Part shown: piece by piece, positions 10,418 through 22,336 of the stretch
Layout of the letters: each line of letters begins with the position of its first letter
Position numbering within the stretch: the stretch's first letter is position 1
Source: Podarcis cretensis
Taxonomy: Eukaryota
DNA length: 64,000 nt
Direction of reading: 5' to 3'
Assembly: GCA_951804945.1 (NCBI GenBank)
Contig: OX638156.1
Span: forward strand, 50,778,001 to 50,842,000
Made by a program: the position numbers and the translations under genes
Notes under the pieces: model-generated
Told to the model about the DNA's origin: nothing
The model's input: only the letters and a program-made list of their open reading frames with translations
Database searches by the model: none

Positions 10418-11078
10418 AGTTATTGGGGCACCTGAGTAATAGTAGCCAGATCTTCATCCCAGGGATGGAGGACTCTGCTCTGGGTTTCTGCTTAGATCCT
10501 CTCCCAAGGGCTGGTGACCTCTGCCAGTCTGATGTCCTCTGGACTAACACTCCCACCAGTTCCAGTCAGCACTGATGACTCTCTACAGTTATCTTCTGCA
10601 GATACTCAAGCCTCGTTATGGTCCCTGCTGGTCACTAGGTTCTTGATTCCATTCTTCAAGGAGCTCAGCACTCTTGGAGACCATAGCATTGTGCTTTTTG
10701 CCTCTTGGGTTGGCGGGGGCGGGCGGGGCTCAGCTGTTGCTAAAGTGCCTTTTGAGAAATGGGGTTCTCTTTTTCAGATACTGAGATGATTAGGTTCTGA
10801 TCTGCCTTTATTTTCTGTCTCTAGGACATTTTGGGGGAGGGGGTGACTATTGAATTCCAGTTCTTTGGGGAGGTCTTGTTGGCAAATAGGAAATCAGAAT
10901 GGCTGAAAGGGAAATCAGGCTGAAATTTCCTGCAGATTTCAGCTAGTTTAGACCTGGTTCTTTGCCCTGCCAGTGTCTTCCTCCCACCCCACTCAAATTG
11001 TGTGCACATTGGTGAAGGGAGGGGATGGGCAGAAAAAGTCCCAAATAAACTCTAGACCATCTTGTTTGCAAGGTATTT

Positions 11079-11084
11079 TTTATT
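11079..11084 (-). terminator. Likely HAS3 poly(A) signal AATAAA
   Basis: TTTATT on +, at the end of a U-rich (mRNA sense) 3'UTR block 11085-11270. Confidence 0.6.
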
Positions 11085-12303
11085 GTAACAAATGCATCAT
11101 AGTAAAAAAAACCAAACAACCTTTATAAAAAATATGAAAATGCAGGTAAAAAATAAATAAGTTTACAAATAACTTTAAGCAATCAACTAGTGTTTGTTAC
11201 CAAAGAGTACAAAAAATTCTACAAATTTCATTTTAAATAAGAGAAACCCAAACGGAGTAACATAGAAAAAGGCATGCAGCCCAGAGCAGGGAATTGAGGG
11301 GGAGCAAAGCCTGGCACCCTACCCACCCATCCCTCCACTCTCATGCCTGGGACCAGCGCAGGCCGTAGAGAACAGCACGGGCAGAAAGCAGCATTTCCAG
11401 ACATTCGCAATTAGGAAGGATGCACAGCTGGAAAGAGGGACTTGAGGAAGCTCTCCATCTTTTGCCACAGTGTTTCTTGGGAACAGCCTTTAAAGGCTGT
11501 CAGATGCTCATGCACTCTCAACGCTGATCAGCCCTGTCCATACAACAGTTTGATTTGGCAGCTCTTTGCAGAGAGGCATCTGCCTTAGGCAGGTTACAGA
11601 GCAAGCAGTTACTGTTTCATATGGCTCCCCCCAACAGGACAGCCTTTTGAAAGGCAGGCTCTAGTGTGGGCTGCAAGCCCTCCTACCCTGCAAAGCAGCT
11701 ATTCTTTCTTGCCAGAGAGTACCATATGTTCCCCCAGCCACCCAAAGAATTGCTTAGAACCATTCTTTTTCAAGCTGGTTGGGGCCCCTGGGAAACAGCT
11801 AGGCAAGCAGCCCTTAGGGTGTGAGGTTACGCTGAATCCAGAGCAAGCGGGGTGGGAACCAGCCCTTTCTGGTGGCAGTAGTGGAAGGAGACATCTATCC
11901 CAGCTTCGTTTATGCAGTCAGTCCCCAGCATAGGAAAGTTCTTCACTAGTCTGTGCCTAGATAAAGGGCGCTTGCAGCCCAAGAGCCATTATTGCTTTCT
12001 TAGATGGCAGTGCAGACTCCATCTGCCTTCCAGAGGTGGCAGGACAGAATCAGCACTGATGCCACTTTAGTCTTCCTCCCAGCCACATGGGCCCATGGGA
12101 GTAGCAAGCTGCCCTTTGCCCACTGCTTCCCTGTCTCATATTAGGGGCTTGTTTTTCTTGTTCCTGTCAATTCACATGAAGCAACATGGCAGGAGAGGCA
12201 GGAATTTCCAGGTACAACCTCGGATAGCATTCAGGACCTTGTGTGGGATGGGCAGAAAGAAAGCAGCAGAGAGAGAACTTGAAATTGGGGCAGTGGAACC
12301 CCT

Positions 12304-12304
<1 letters not shown>

Positions 12305-12331
<27 letters not shown>
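12305..12331. repeat. (AGC)9 microsatellite in the HAS3 3'UTR (CUG repeat in the mRNA)
   Basis: Read directly from sequence. Confidence 0.9.
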
Positions 12332-12334
<3 letters not shown>

Positions 12335-13921
12335 CAAAGTCAGACTCAGCTTACTGGCCCGAGGCAGAAAGGAGTATAGGAAGATGGGCACTGGTAAGGC
12401 TCCTGAACAGCACCAATGCCAAAAGATAGATCAGGTGCCCTCTGTTCCTAGGAGGTGGCATGGTCATAACACAGAACATTATTTTGGTACAGAAGTCTCT
12501 TGTGGAATCCTGAGAAGTTGCTTGGTTTTGTAAAAATCAGGTATCTAGCCTCATTGCTGATGGGCAAGTTTGTATTTCGAAAAACAAAAATCCAATGCAC
12601 TAAAAGACTGTGTGCCCACCTCCCTCATACCCCCCCCCCCAAAGCATATCTGGAGCAAAAGCATCCAAGTTACTTTTGCATCCCAGGGATTATTCAGCTC
12701 CCTTACATAGCAAGGAAAACAAAAGTTGTCGGAGCCTGTCCAGTGTGTGTATGTGTGGCATGCACACACACATATATACACAACACCCTCTTTAGTCTGG
12801 AGGTGAAAAGTAATAATAAATATACATCTGCTCTAATCAGAAAGTTTCTTCACTCTGCTCCTTGTCGACCAATTGGATTCACAGTGCCTGTGGGGACCGG
12901 GAAGTTGTGTGGCCAATGTCAGCCAGTCTCCAGCATATAGGGCCTTCTAGTGCTTCTCTTGAGAAGCAAGAAAGAGCCAACTTTGGAATACTGCTGCTCT
13001 AAGCAAATTCAGCAGCAACCTGTTTTAATTTTTTGCAAGCAAACAAATTTTTGTAAATCAAGGTCCATACAAATATGTCTAAACATAAATGTGCCTCCCT
13101 TATTTGGCATCTGTTTTATAACTGTTGAATTTAGAACCCCCTTTTTTCAAGAAGCAGAGTGGAGGCCAAAGGAACAATACAAGTAAGCTACTAAAGAAGC
13201 ATTCCTACTCAAAACACCTCTGAGGTGCTTTGCAAATATTGCTTATACATTTTCAGGACTTTTTGTAAAAATATGAATTGTAGAAACTTGGTTTGTTTTC
13301 TTTTAGCCATAAAAAGGAGGGAATCTGAGATTTTTCAGACCTCCACATTCTGCACGAATGGAATTGCAGAAAATCTGTGCCTTTGCCTATGCTGGGTTTA
13401 CTACAGCAAGTGCCTAAGCACTTTGTTCCCATGCTGACCTGCTAGCTTAGGAACAGGCAAGGAACAACTGCTGAGCACTTCCATCTCAGCAATGTGAGTT
13501 TGGCATAAAAGCTGCCCAGAGCTTGTTGCCAGCTGAAGCTGGGAGCCCCGCTTCCCTTTCAACACAGACACCTTCTTGCCAGAGACTGGAAGGAGTTTTA
13601 AGGGCTGGGCAGAGATGCAGATTGTGAATCAAGAAATGGCTTTTAGACTGGGTGGCAGTGGCCTCCCAAAAGCAGCACCACTGTCCTCAGTTTCTCACCC
13701 TTCTCTGAGTTGGAAGTGTAACGTGGCCATGTTGGCAAAGCACCGGGGGGGGGGGGGGAGGAAGTCTGTAGGAGAAGCACCAGAAAGTTAGGAGGCCCAG
13801 GCTAAGCAGAGGCCAAGAGAGAGAGGCTGGTCCAAAGGAAGATCTCCAGACAGGCCGCTCTGTTCACAGCATTAAAGTATTTTAACACCCCTACCCAAGC
13901 ATAACAAAATATGGTCTATAA

Positions 13922-14081
13922 CACTGGTCTTCAACTGGTGGGTCATGGCCTGCTATAAGATTGGTCGGGCACTACCCCCATGCAAATATTGTGGAAGGTT
14001 AAGCAACAGATCTCTACATGCATGCTTTGGTTAAAAGTGGGACCTGGGACTGAAAAGGTCCAAAAAGGTTGAAGATACCTG
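13922..14081. mobile_element. hAT-type MITE in the HAS3 3'UTR
   Basis: TIRs CACTGGTCTTCAAC / GTTGAAGATACCTG; near-TSD GTCTATAA / GTCTACAG. Confidence 0.6.
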
Positions 14082-15159
14082 GTCTACAGCAGCCTTCCCC
14101 AAGCAGATGTTGTTGGACTCCCAGCTCATACCAGCTCCAGCCAGCAATGTCAGGGATGACAGGAGTTGGAGTTCAAGAACTGGTCAGGGAACTGGGAGTC
14201 CCTACAGCATCTGTAGGGCCACTTGCATGAACCGTAGTCCTGGACTAAAGAGGGAGGTAGCAATAGGTGGTCCGCCCTCTAAAACTCCAGAAGGAGCTGA
14301 AGACATTTGACCAATCCAGTTTGCAACCTGTTTTATCGAATTCACAGTAGCTGCGGCTCATGCTGTATTGGGCCAATCAGGGAGCTTTCAAGTATTTTGT
14401 GTTTGTTTAGAAATGGACAGCCTAGTCATGTGATGTATTCTTTGGGCTACAGCATGTTCCCGCTATGGCCCAAACATGGTTTTTTCTACTGCCAGCCTAT
14501 CCTTCTCAGTAAATTTCCCTCCAGTCCTGCAGCTGCAGTGATTACAGGAAGAAGGGAGCCCCTCTGGGAAGGAGCACATGTTCTGCCCTGTCACCCCACC
14601 TCCTGTGGGGCCTCTGCCTAGAAAGCAACCCCTTGACATCAGTGGCTCAAGTCCCACTTGCTTCTCCCATGAACAGAGAATAACCCTCACAAACTCCTTA
14701 AAGCTCTTCCTAGGGAAGATCAAAAACCTATTGATGGTCTCTTCGCTGGGCACAGAAGGGCCCCTTCTTTAATAGATCTCTACGAGGAGATTATTATTGC
14801 TCCCTGTAAAAACTGCACCCCCATCGTCCCTGCCACATTGGTGCTATTCTGGGGAGAGGCAGTGTCATTTGCATAGAACGACAGGGACACCTGGTGGTGG
14901 AAACTTTTCCCAGGAGCTGTTGAGCTTTCTGCAGGGGCAGGATCTGGAAGCCCACCAAGCAGGATCCGTTCTGTGAGGCTTCCTTCCCCAGTGATGCACT
15001 CCTGAATCTGCCAATTTGCTTCCGGGATGGACATTTCAAAACTGGATCAGGTCCTGAGCAGGGTGGGGGGCCAGCCCTCCTGAAGCCCCACAACTATGTG
15101 GGGAAACGCTGCCAGTCCTTTGCCATTATTGCACTCCCCGCCCCCCACCCTCATCCTCA

Positions 15160-16083
15160 TCACACCTCCGCAAACGCCAAGCTGTACTCCTCCTGGGGCT
15201 TGCTGCAGCGCCGGGCCACGATTGCCAGGTAAAGGGTGAGCAGCGCCACCCAGTAGCAGGCATAGAGGATGGCTCCAGAGATGAGGAAGACCAGTTCGGT
15301 GTCTGTGAAGAGGTCCTGGTAGTAGGCAGTGTAGGCCAGCCCACCCAGCAGCACTGCCACCCAGACGGAGACTGGGATGAGGCCGATGAAGTTGACCACG
15401 ATGGTCTTGCGGCCGGAGGTGCCCCAGCCGGACTTGGTGATGGTGGCGATGGCGAACATCTTGGCCGGCAGGAGGCTGGACATGTACAGCAGGGAGTAGA
15501 GGGACATGAAGATCATCTCGACGTTGCCGCGCAGGAAGCAGGCGTAGGTGGCCTTGATGACACCCACCAGCTGCACCGTCAGAAGGAAGAGGAGGATGTT
15601 CCAGACCCGCCCGCGGTAGAAGAGCTGGATGACGGTGGCGATGAGGAAGAAGGGGAAGAAGCCCGTCACCACTGACTCGTAGGTCATCCACAGGTGATGC
15701 TTGTGGAACCAGAGGGCGTTGTAGAGCCACTCCCGGAAGTAGGACTTGCTCCAGCGCGTCTGCTGGTTGAGCCAGCGGAGGTACCTGGTGGGCGTCTCGG
15801 TCAGGCACTTGGAGCGGGCCGTGTACTTAGTCCGGTAGCCCAGGCTCAGGACCCGGTTGGTGAGGTGGCGGTCATCCCCGAAGCTGCACTTGCTGCCCAG
15901 GAATGTCTGGTTGTACCAGTCCTCCAGGAACTGCTGCAGCAGGGCATTGCGGTACATGCCCAAGGGGCCGCTGATGCACTGGACACAGCCAAAGTAGGAC
16001 TGGCAGGCCCGCTCCACGTTGAAGGCCATCCAGTAGCGCACACTGCTCAGGAAGGAGATCCACGAGTCGTACTTGTTCAGGAT
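15160..16083 (-). CDS. HAS3: HAS3 last coding exon ([28 protein letters not shown]...YSLAFAEV*)
   Basis: CCCCAG acceptor, 924 nt, QQTRW motif and transmembrane helices. Confidence 0.97.
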   Translation of the reverse strand: MLNKYDSWISFLSSVRYWMAFNVERACQSYFGCVQCISGPLGMYRNALLQQFLEDWYNQTFLGSKCSFGDDRHLTNRVLSLGYRTKYTARSKCLTETPTRYLRWLNQQTRWSKSYFREWLYNALWFHKHHLWMTYESVVTGFFPFFLIATVIQLFYRGRVWNILLFLLTVQLVGVIKATYACFLRGNVEMIFMSLYSLLYMSSLLPAKMFAIATITKSGWGTSGRKTIVVNFIGLIPVSVWVAVLLGGLAYTAYYQDLFTDTELVFLISGAILYACYWVALLTLYLAIVARRCSKPQEEYSLAFAEV

Positions 16084-16424
16084 CTGGGGGAAAGAGGCAA
16101 CACTGCATCATGGGCCCTCCACAACCCTCCCTCCAATAGACAGGTTGGCTCCTGTACCAGTTTTCTTTACCCACAGATGCGTATCAAGCTGACCTGTGGC
16201 TCACCCCACTTATTGAGGGACAGAAGGCCTCCTCTTCCAGCTGTTTTGGACTACTACTTCCATGCACCCCATCCAGCAAGCTGCAGGACACTGAGCCTGA
16301 TGGGAGTTGTAGTTCAAAACAACTGGAAGAGGACCAACTCTGGGAAGGCTGCCCGAAGGAGCCATCCCCGTGAGCATTATCTGAGCCAGACACTCTGCAC
16401 GGCCATGTGCTCTCAGGTCCACAC

Positions 16425-16526
16425 CTGGACATCCCCGCCAACTCCACCGACGCGAGGATCCTCCTCCATGATGCGCAGCATCTCCACTGTGCAGGCTGGA
16501 TCGAGGACTGTGTCAGAGTCACACAC
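16425..16526 (-). CDS. HAS3: HAS3 middle coding exon ([34 protein letters not shown])
   Basis: GT-AG, 102 nt, catalytic DSD motif. Confidence 0.96.
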
Positions 16527-17199
16527 CTGCCAGGGAAAGAAAGACACCTTGTCAGGACACCTTTGTCTGTCCCTTCCCTTAAGGAATGTTCACACAAATG
16601 GCAGCTTCTTTTTGACAAATATTACACTGTTTGTATGGGGAGAGAAAGCGTACATATGGACGTTTCCTTCAAGTGGAATGCACGCCCCCACCTCCTTCAG
16701 AACAATTTTGCATGTTGCCCTGGGGGACCCTGCTCCACACCTTCCCAGGGAGTAAAGGGCTCTTTTGCATGCAGGGTGGAGGAGAACTGCAACTTTCCTG
16801 AAGCTCCAATGAGAGGAGGGCCAGGGGAGGAGAATGAGGAATGCACTCAGATCTCTGTGCCTGTGCATATTGAGTGTGTGTATGTGTGTATATACACACA
16901 CACACACTTGTACATACATACACATAGTACCTGAGAAGACAATTAACAAGTTTAACTAATGATAATAATAAGTGTAAGTGTAAGTGAATGATAGAGAAGT
17001 GACACAAACTCTCCTGGACACTTCTTCATGTGAACACAGACCGAATGTGGCAGGGAGGTGGATATCACACCAGGTACAGACGAGAGAGGGAGCCGGTCTC
17101 CATTGCCAAACAGGCATTGTAAGGTCCCCAAGCAGGTGAAAGCAGAAGAATCACAGGGCATCTGCACCCAAGAGAATGTACGGTGAAGGGCTTTAAGCT

Positions 17200-17343
17200 T
17201 AGTAACAGAGCACCTGCTTTGCATGCAGAAGGTTCAATCCCCAAGGGCATCTCCTGGTCCCCTACCTGAAACCCTGGACATGTATGATAATAGTGAACTA
17301 GATGGACCAGGGGTCTTGACTGTATAAGGTAGCGTCCTATATT
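17200..17343 (+). mobile_element. Squam3-like SINE
   Basis: Same family as 5632-5800, opposite orientation. Confidence 0.7.
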
Positions 17344-18026
17344 GAGGGGGCAGCTGATACCTGTTCAGCAGCCATGCAGGCCAGAGAAGGGGGATCAGGC
17401 CCAGCTGAAGAATCCTGCATTTTTGGAGGGCAGGGAAACAGAAAACAGAAGCAAATCCCAAAATGAGAGATACAGTATGGGCATACCCTGCATCTGCCTC
17501 CTCTCTTATGCAAGGAGCCCAGAGCTGGTCTATTCAGACAGCAGAATGAAATGGAAGAATGGACTGCAACACTTTTCGCCTCCAGGTCCTGTTTTGAATG
17601 CCTCCATAAGTTAAAACCTCCTGTAAATTGAAAAGCAGAGCACCTAGTAAAGGGCTGAGGTACCACCTCTCTCCTTTGCCTGCCAGTTTTCTGCTTGCAA
17701 GGAGGTCCCCCAGAAGATGCTGAAGGCACATTAGGCCATCATATTGCTGAAGTGATGCAGGTCTGGGGCTGGTCAGCCCTTGGATGAGAGATTGCTTGGG
17801 AACCATGCTTGGGTTCCATTATGAAAGAGAGGGGTATGTATATATGGAATATATCAATATATATCTACCCTCAATTACATTCTGCCATCCCTTTCTGTTA
17901 CACCTGCTGCTCAGAACTACAGTGCATTAGTGGAAGGGAGCAGAGGAGAAGCCTCTGAGCTTACACCAGGGTGAAAGAAGAACTGTTTTCCTGCTGTCAG
18001 ATTGGAGGCTGAGTTATGAGCTCCAG

Positions 18027-18582
18027 AGGAACATTGGAAGCTGCCTGGATCCATCTAGCTCAGTGTTGCCTGCACTGATCAGCAGCAGCTTTCCATGGTT
18101 TCAGACACGTCTCTTCCAGCCCTACCTGGAGATACTGGGGATTGAACCTGGGGATTGAATCCACTGCTTTGCAACTCGATTGTGGCCTTTCCTTAAAAAA
18201 TAAATCAAGATTCCAGTCCTCAGGGTTCTATACAAAGGGCTTAAGGAACTGGGGAAGCTGCCTTATACCAAATCAGACCATTTGTCCACCCAGCTCAGTA
18301 TTGTCCACAGTAGCTTTCCATCCTTCCCAAGCTGTAAATGTCACTGGGGAGTGAACCCAGGACCTTCAGCATGCAAAACAGGTGCTCTACCACTCAGGAT
18401 CATAGAAAGCTGTCTTATACTGAGTCAAATTATTGGTCCATCTTGCTCAATATTGTCTCTACACTGACTGGCAGCGGCTCTCTAGGATTTCAGGCAGGGG
18501 TCTCTCTCCCACCCTCCCTGGAGATGCCAGGGATTGAACTTGGAACCTTGTGCATTCAAGGCGGATGCTCTACCACTGAACT
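18027..18582 (-). mobile_element. Cluster of three Squam3-like SINEs (~18027-18170, ~18245-18396, ~18399-18582)
   Basis: Repeated 'ggaagctgccttata...ggattgaacctggga...ctctaccactga' units. Confidence 0.75.
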
Positions 18583-18938
18583 AAGGAGAAGCAACCAGCT
18601 GCTCCAAAGAGGGGCTGATTACATGTTCAGGCCCCAGAATGTGAAGAAGCAGCTCATTGTAGCCCTGCTTCCCTCTTAAGCTCACAGCACCAATGTATCA
18701 GGGTGCAGGGAGACAGAGAGTTGCCATTTAGGGCTGTGTTTACTATGGGGGCCAAGGAGCTCATACCCAAGTATCTCTCCAAATCATTTTGCATGTAGCT
18801 AATACTCCCCCTCCCTTTTTCTGCTTTCTGACAAGTGCCTGGGTTGTGGGATGAGCATGAATGGGAAAACACAGAGAAGGAAGAGCAACAACAGGCTAGC
18901 AAGGGCAAGGAGCAGGGCTCCGCCCCCCCAACACTCAC

Positions 18939-19559
18939 CTGCACGTAGTCAACAGAGTCTCCAAGGGCACAAAAGGCTGTGTACATCACCTCGCGCTTCC
19001 CGCCCCACTTCTGCATGATGCAGGTATAGGTATTGTGCCGGACGAGGCTCTGGATGTGGCGCATGGCCCTGCGGCGGCCAGCCTCCGACTCGCCCTTCCC
19101 CCGGGCGTGGAAGTTGCTCTTCCACACGTAGCAGCCTGTCCGGTCGGAGCCCATCACCTCGTTGAAGATGTCCAGCATGTAAACATCGTCCTCCCCATTG
19201 CCGTCCACCACCATGACGACCTTGAGGTTGGGGAAGGAGATGCGCTGGATGGAGCGCAGGCATTTGCGCAGGTAGTCGGGGTCCTCCTGGTAGGCGGCGA
19301 TGCAGAGGGCCACCGAGGAGCGCAGCTTCAGGGGCCGGCCCTCCAGGCGCATCTGCCGGTGCTCCAGGAAGGCAAAGAGGCTCTGGATGAAGAGGTGGAG
19401 GCCCAGGATGGCACCATAGAGCCCAAAGGAGAGGTAGTGCTTCTCGGTGTGGATGAACTGGTAGCCCGTGACGTAGGCAGCGAGGATGCCCCCCAGCACC
19501 ACCACGGCAAAGAGGCTGGTCCCAAAAACACGCAGGGCTGTGGAGAGCCTCACTGGCAT
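18939..19559 (-). CDS. HAS3: HAS3 first coding exon (MPVRLSTALRVFGT...KWGGKREVMYTAF...DYVQ)
   Basis: CCCCAG|ATG acceptor, GTGAGT donor, 621 nt. Confidence 0.96.
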
Positions 19560-19828
19560 CTGGGGAGGAGGCAGAGAGGCCCGGTTAGACTGTGGCCACA
19601 GCAACAGACACAAGAGCCCTCCCTGACTCCTTGGCGGCGGCAGCGATGTCCCTTCAGAGGGTGTTGGACTCCAAATCCCATCAGCCCCAGCCAGCATGAG
19701 CAGTGTTGACCGGAGTTGAAGCCTAACAACTTCTGGAGGGGTGCCCCTGATTTTCAGATCCTATTGCATTACAGCTCAGAGGAAGAACAAAGAAAGGCAA
19801 GGTGTCCTGTACAGAGTGGGGCTATTAT

Positions 19829-19972
19829 TGACCCATCTAGTTCAGCACTGTCAACCCTGACTGGCAGTGGCTCTCCAGGGTTTGAGGCCAGGGGCACTCC
19901 CAGGTCCACATGGGGATGCTGCCAGGAGGTGAACCGGGGACCTTCTGCATGCAAAACAGATGCTCTACCACA
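19829..19972 (-). mobile_element. Squam3-like SINE
   Basis: Matches the other copies in the window. Confidence 0.7.
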
Positions 19973-20349
19973 ATGCTGCAGCATTTCTGCATTAGCACTA
20001 TGGCCAACAGTCGGAGGTCACCTGACGGGTTGTGTTTTTACCCAGCCTTTAATCTGGCAGGATCCCAGGGCACTAAAAACAGCAATAAAAATAACTGTGG
20101 AACAATACTTCAAACAAAGGATGCAAATAGGAAACAGACAGTTCTGCTTTCAGCTGCTCTGGCTCAGGCATTTTCAGTTGCCCCCACCCCAGGACTGGAT
20201 GAAAAGCTGTTGCAGTTGATGGCAGTGGCAGGAGAGCCACATCTGCCTGGCAAGTACTACACGCGCACCCCTCTGATACTCTGGATGCAGCAGGGAGCCT
20301 GGGAAGTCTGAGGCCCGCTAGGTCTTCTTTGACTCCAACTCTCATCATC

Positions 20350-21750
20350 CCTGAGGCCGGGCCACGCTGGGTCCGCGGACTGCTGGGAGTTGTAGTCCAG
20401 CAACATTTGGAGGGCGCCAGGAGCGCGGGGCTGCAGGAGAGCGCCGCTGGGCCAGGCTGTCGCTGCGCCTTCTTGCCACGGAACCCACCAGGGGTCTCCC
20501 GACTGGAGAATTCCAGCGATCGACTCCGAGAACCTGGTGTCCGCAACTGCAAAGCGCGCCTGGTCCTGCCCGGCTAGGCAGCGGCCCTGCACTTCCACAG
20601 CCTGATCTGCTGTGCGCGCATGAGGGCAAGGAGGGCAAATGCACCCGGGGCGCCTCTGGTGTCCTGGTGGACTCGCAGCCCCATAAGTCTGGGGTGGGGG
20701 CGTACAGAGCGCAACCCCATAGCACCCTCTTTCCCCCATGCCGCCAAGCCTGGACTCCGCGGAAGCCCCTTATTCTTCCCCACCATGCATGCCCGGTCTT
20801 GGGGAAAGAGAGAGAAACGTTTCATTTGCATCGCCCAGTCTCCGTAGGAGCGGAACCCAGGCTGGCGGGAGCGGGCAGACCCGGCACAGAGATGGGCTCT
20901 TCGCAGCGGGTGGGCGGGCGGGATTTGGGGGGGCGCCTCTACGGACAAAGGCAGAGAGGGCGGTGATGGTGGCCCCGAACTGAGCTTCGCAGGAAGAAGC
21001 CCGACGAGGCGGCGGAAAGCCCTGTAGGAGAGGCTGAGGCTCCCCGGAGCCCAGCTCAGCCCGAAGCGGGCTTGTCCCTGTCCAGGGCCAGCCTGAAAGG
21101 CTGAGACCTTGGTCCAGAGAACAGTGTCCTCCTCCCCTCCCCAGGTTTGGCTTTGGAGCGAAGGCGAGCCCACCGCGGAGCATGTGCAGAGCGCTTTCCC
21201 CCTCCACCAGCCCGAACCAGCACATGCGGCTCCTGCGCCTCGGGGAATCGGGTGTGGCACGTGTCTTTGCCAAGGGATGGACGGCCATCGCCCTCCCGCA
21301 CCCCGGCCAGGGACCTCGGACTCACCGTGCCGCGGCTTCCCCCCGGCCGCTCCCGCCTGCTCAGCTTGGCGCGGCGCTTTTGATGAGGAGGGAGGCGCCC
21401 AGCCCAACCCCAGCCTCGACGGGGCGGGGGAGGAGCGCGCAAGGGGCAGAACCAGGCCTGCCCCCCTCCCGAGGTGCCACCCACGCGCCGCCGCCCCGCT
21501 CGAGCCCCGACGGAGCCCACGCCTGCCCCACTCAGAGGCTGCACAAGCAGAGTCAGGTCGGGACTGGAAAAAAGGTCGCAAAAGGAAAGGCAGAGTGGGG
21601 CTGGGGGCTGGGTAGTCTTCCATGCGAAGCCCCCAACTCTGGTCATGTCACGTCCAATGCCAAGGGTCGGTTGGGAGCCGGCTGGCGGAAGGGGGGGCCG
21701 GCTCAAGACGGGGTGTGTGAATGTGAGTGAATTGAAACACTCGTGAATAC
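20350..21750. promoter_or_regulatory. CpG island / HAS3 promoter and first intron
   Basis: Dense CpG; GC box GGGGCGGGG at 21421; CCAAT ~21653. Confidence 0.8.
21326..21430 (-). other. HAS3: Probable non-coding first exon of HAS3 (5' end uncertain)
   Basis: Strong donor ACG|GTGAGT inside the CpG island. The first coding exon begins at the ATG, so an upstream exon is required. Confidence 0.55.
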
Positions 21751-21794
21751 ATCCCCAAAAAGTCACCTCCATCCACGCAGGCTGGAAGTTGCTA

Positions 21795-22336
21795 AAACAA
21801 AATAACACAATTCCTTCCAGTAGCACCTTAAAGACCAACTAAGTTAGTTCTTGGTATGAGCTTTTGTGTGCATGCACACTTCTTCAGATACTGTACACTG
21901 AAACAGAAGTACCAGACCCTTCTATATAGAGAGAAGGTGGGGAGGGGTATTACTCAGAAGGAAAAAGCAAGGGGTGAGAAGGTGAATTGCAACTTATTAC
22001 CAAACTTAAAACCATGGAGAGACCTGGTCTGAACAAAGACATTGGATTCTTATCTCATTATACATGACAAAGCCATTTTTCACCTTCTCACCCCTTGCTT
22101 TTTCCTGTAAGACCTATTGCAGTCGTTAAGAGTCGTCAACAGGCTCATCACAGCTATCTGCCAATCACCCATTCCCACCACCCTTCTGAGTAATACCCCT
22201 CCCCACCTTCTCTCTATATAGAAGGGTCTGGTGACTTCTACCAAGAACTAACTTAGTTGGTCTTTAAGGTGCTACTGGAAGGAATTTTTTTATTTTGTTT
22301 TGACTATGGCAGACCAACACGGCTACCTATCTGTAA
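21795..22336 (+). mobile_element. 5'-truncated fold-back Penelope-like retroelement with GIY-YIG C-terminal remnant and hammerhead motif
   Basis: 13-bp TSD CTGGAAGTTGCTA (21782-21794 / 22337-22349); three nested inverted-repeat pairs; 21984-22067 encodes ELQLITKLKTMERPGLNKDIGFLSHYT*. Confidence 0.82.

Larger units (their letters stand above)
15160..19559 (-). other. HAS3: HAS3 hyaluronan synthase 3 coding span (3 exons, 548 aa)
   Basis: GT2 motifs [11 protein letters not shown] and QQTRW; N-terminus MPVRLSTALRVFGTSLF; synteny with CHTF8 and TANGO6. Confidence 0.97.

Noticed and set aside
15047-15808. 253-aa alternative-frame ORF in the HAS3 last exon
   Set aside because: Stop depletion is explained by codon bias; the composition is typical of an off-frame read.
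15694-16755. 353-aa plus-strand ORF
   Set aside because: Antisense shadow of GC3-rich HAS3 exons running through intron and MITE sequence; no recognisable domain.
20574-21838. 349-aa and 260-aa minus-strand ORFs
   Set aside because: CpG-island artefacts rich in Arg/Gly/Pro/Ala; one starts inside the Penelope insert.
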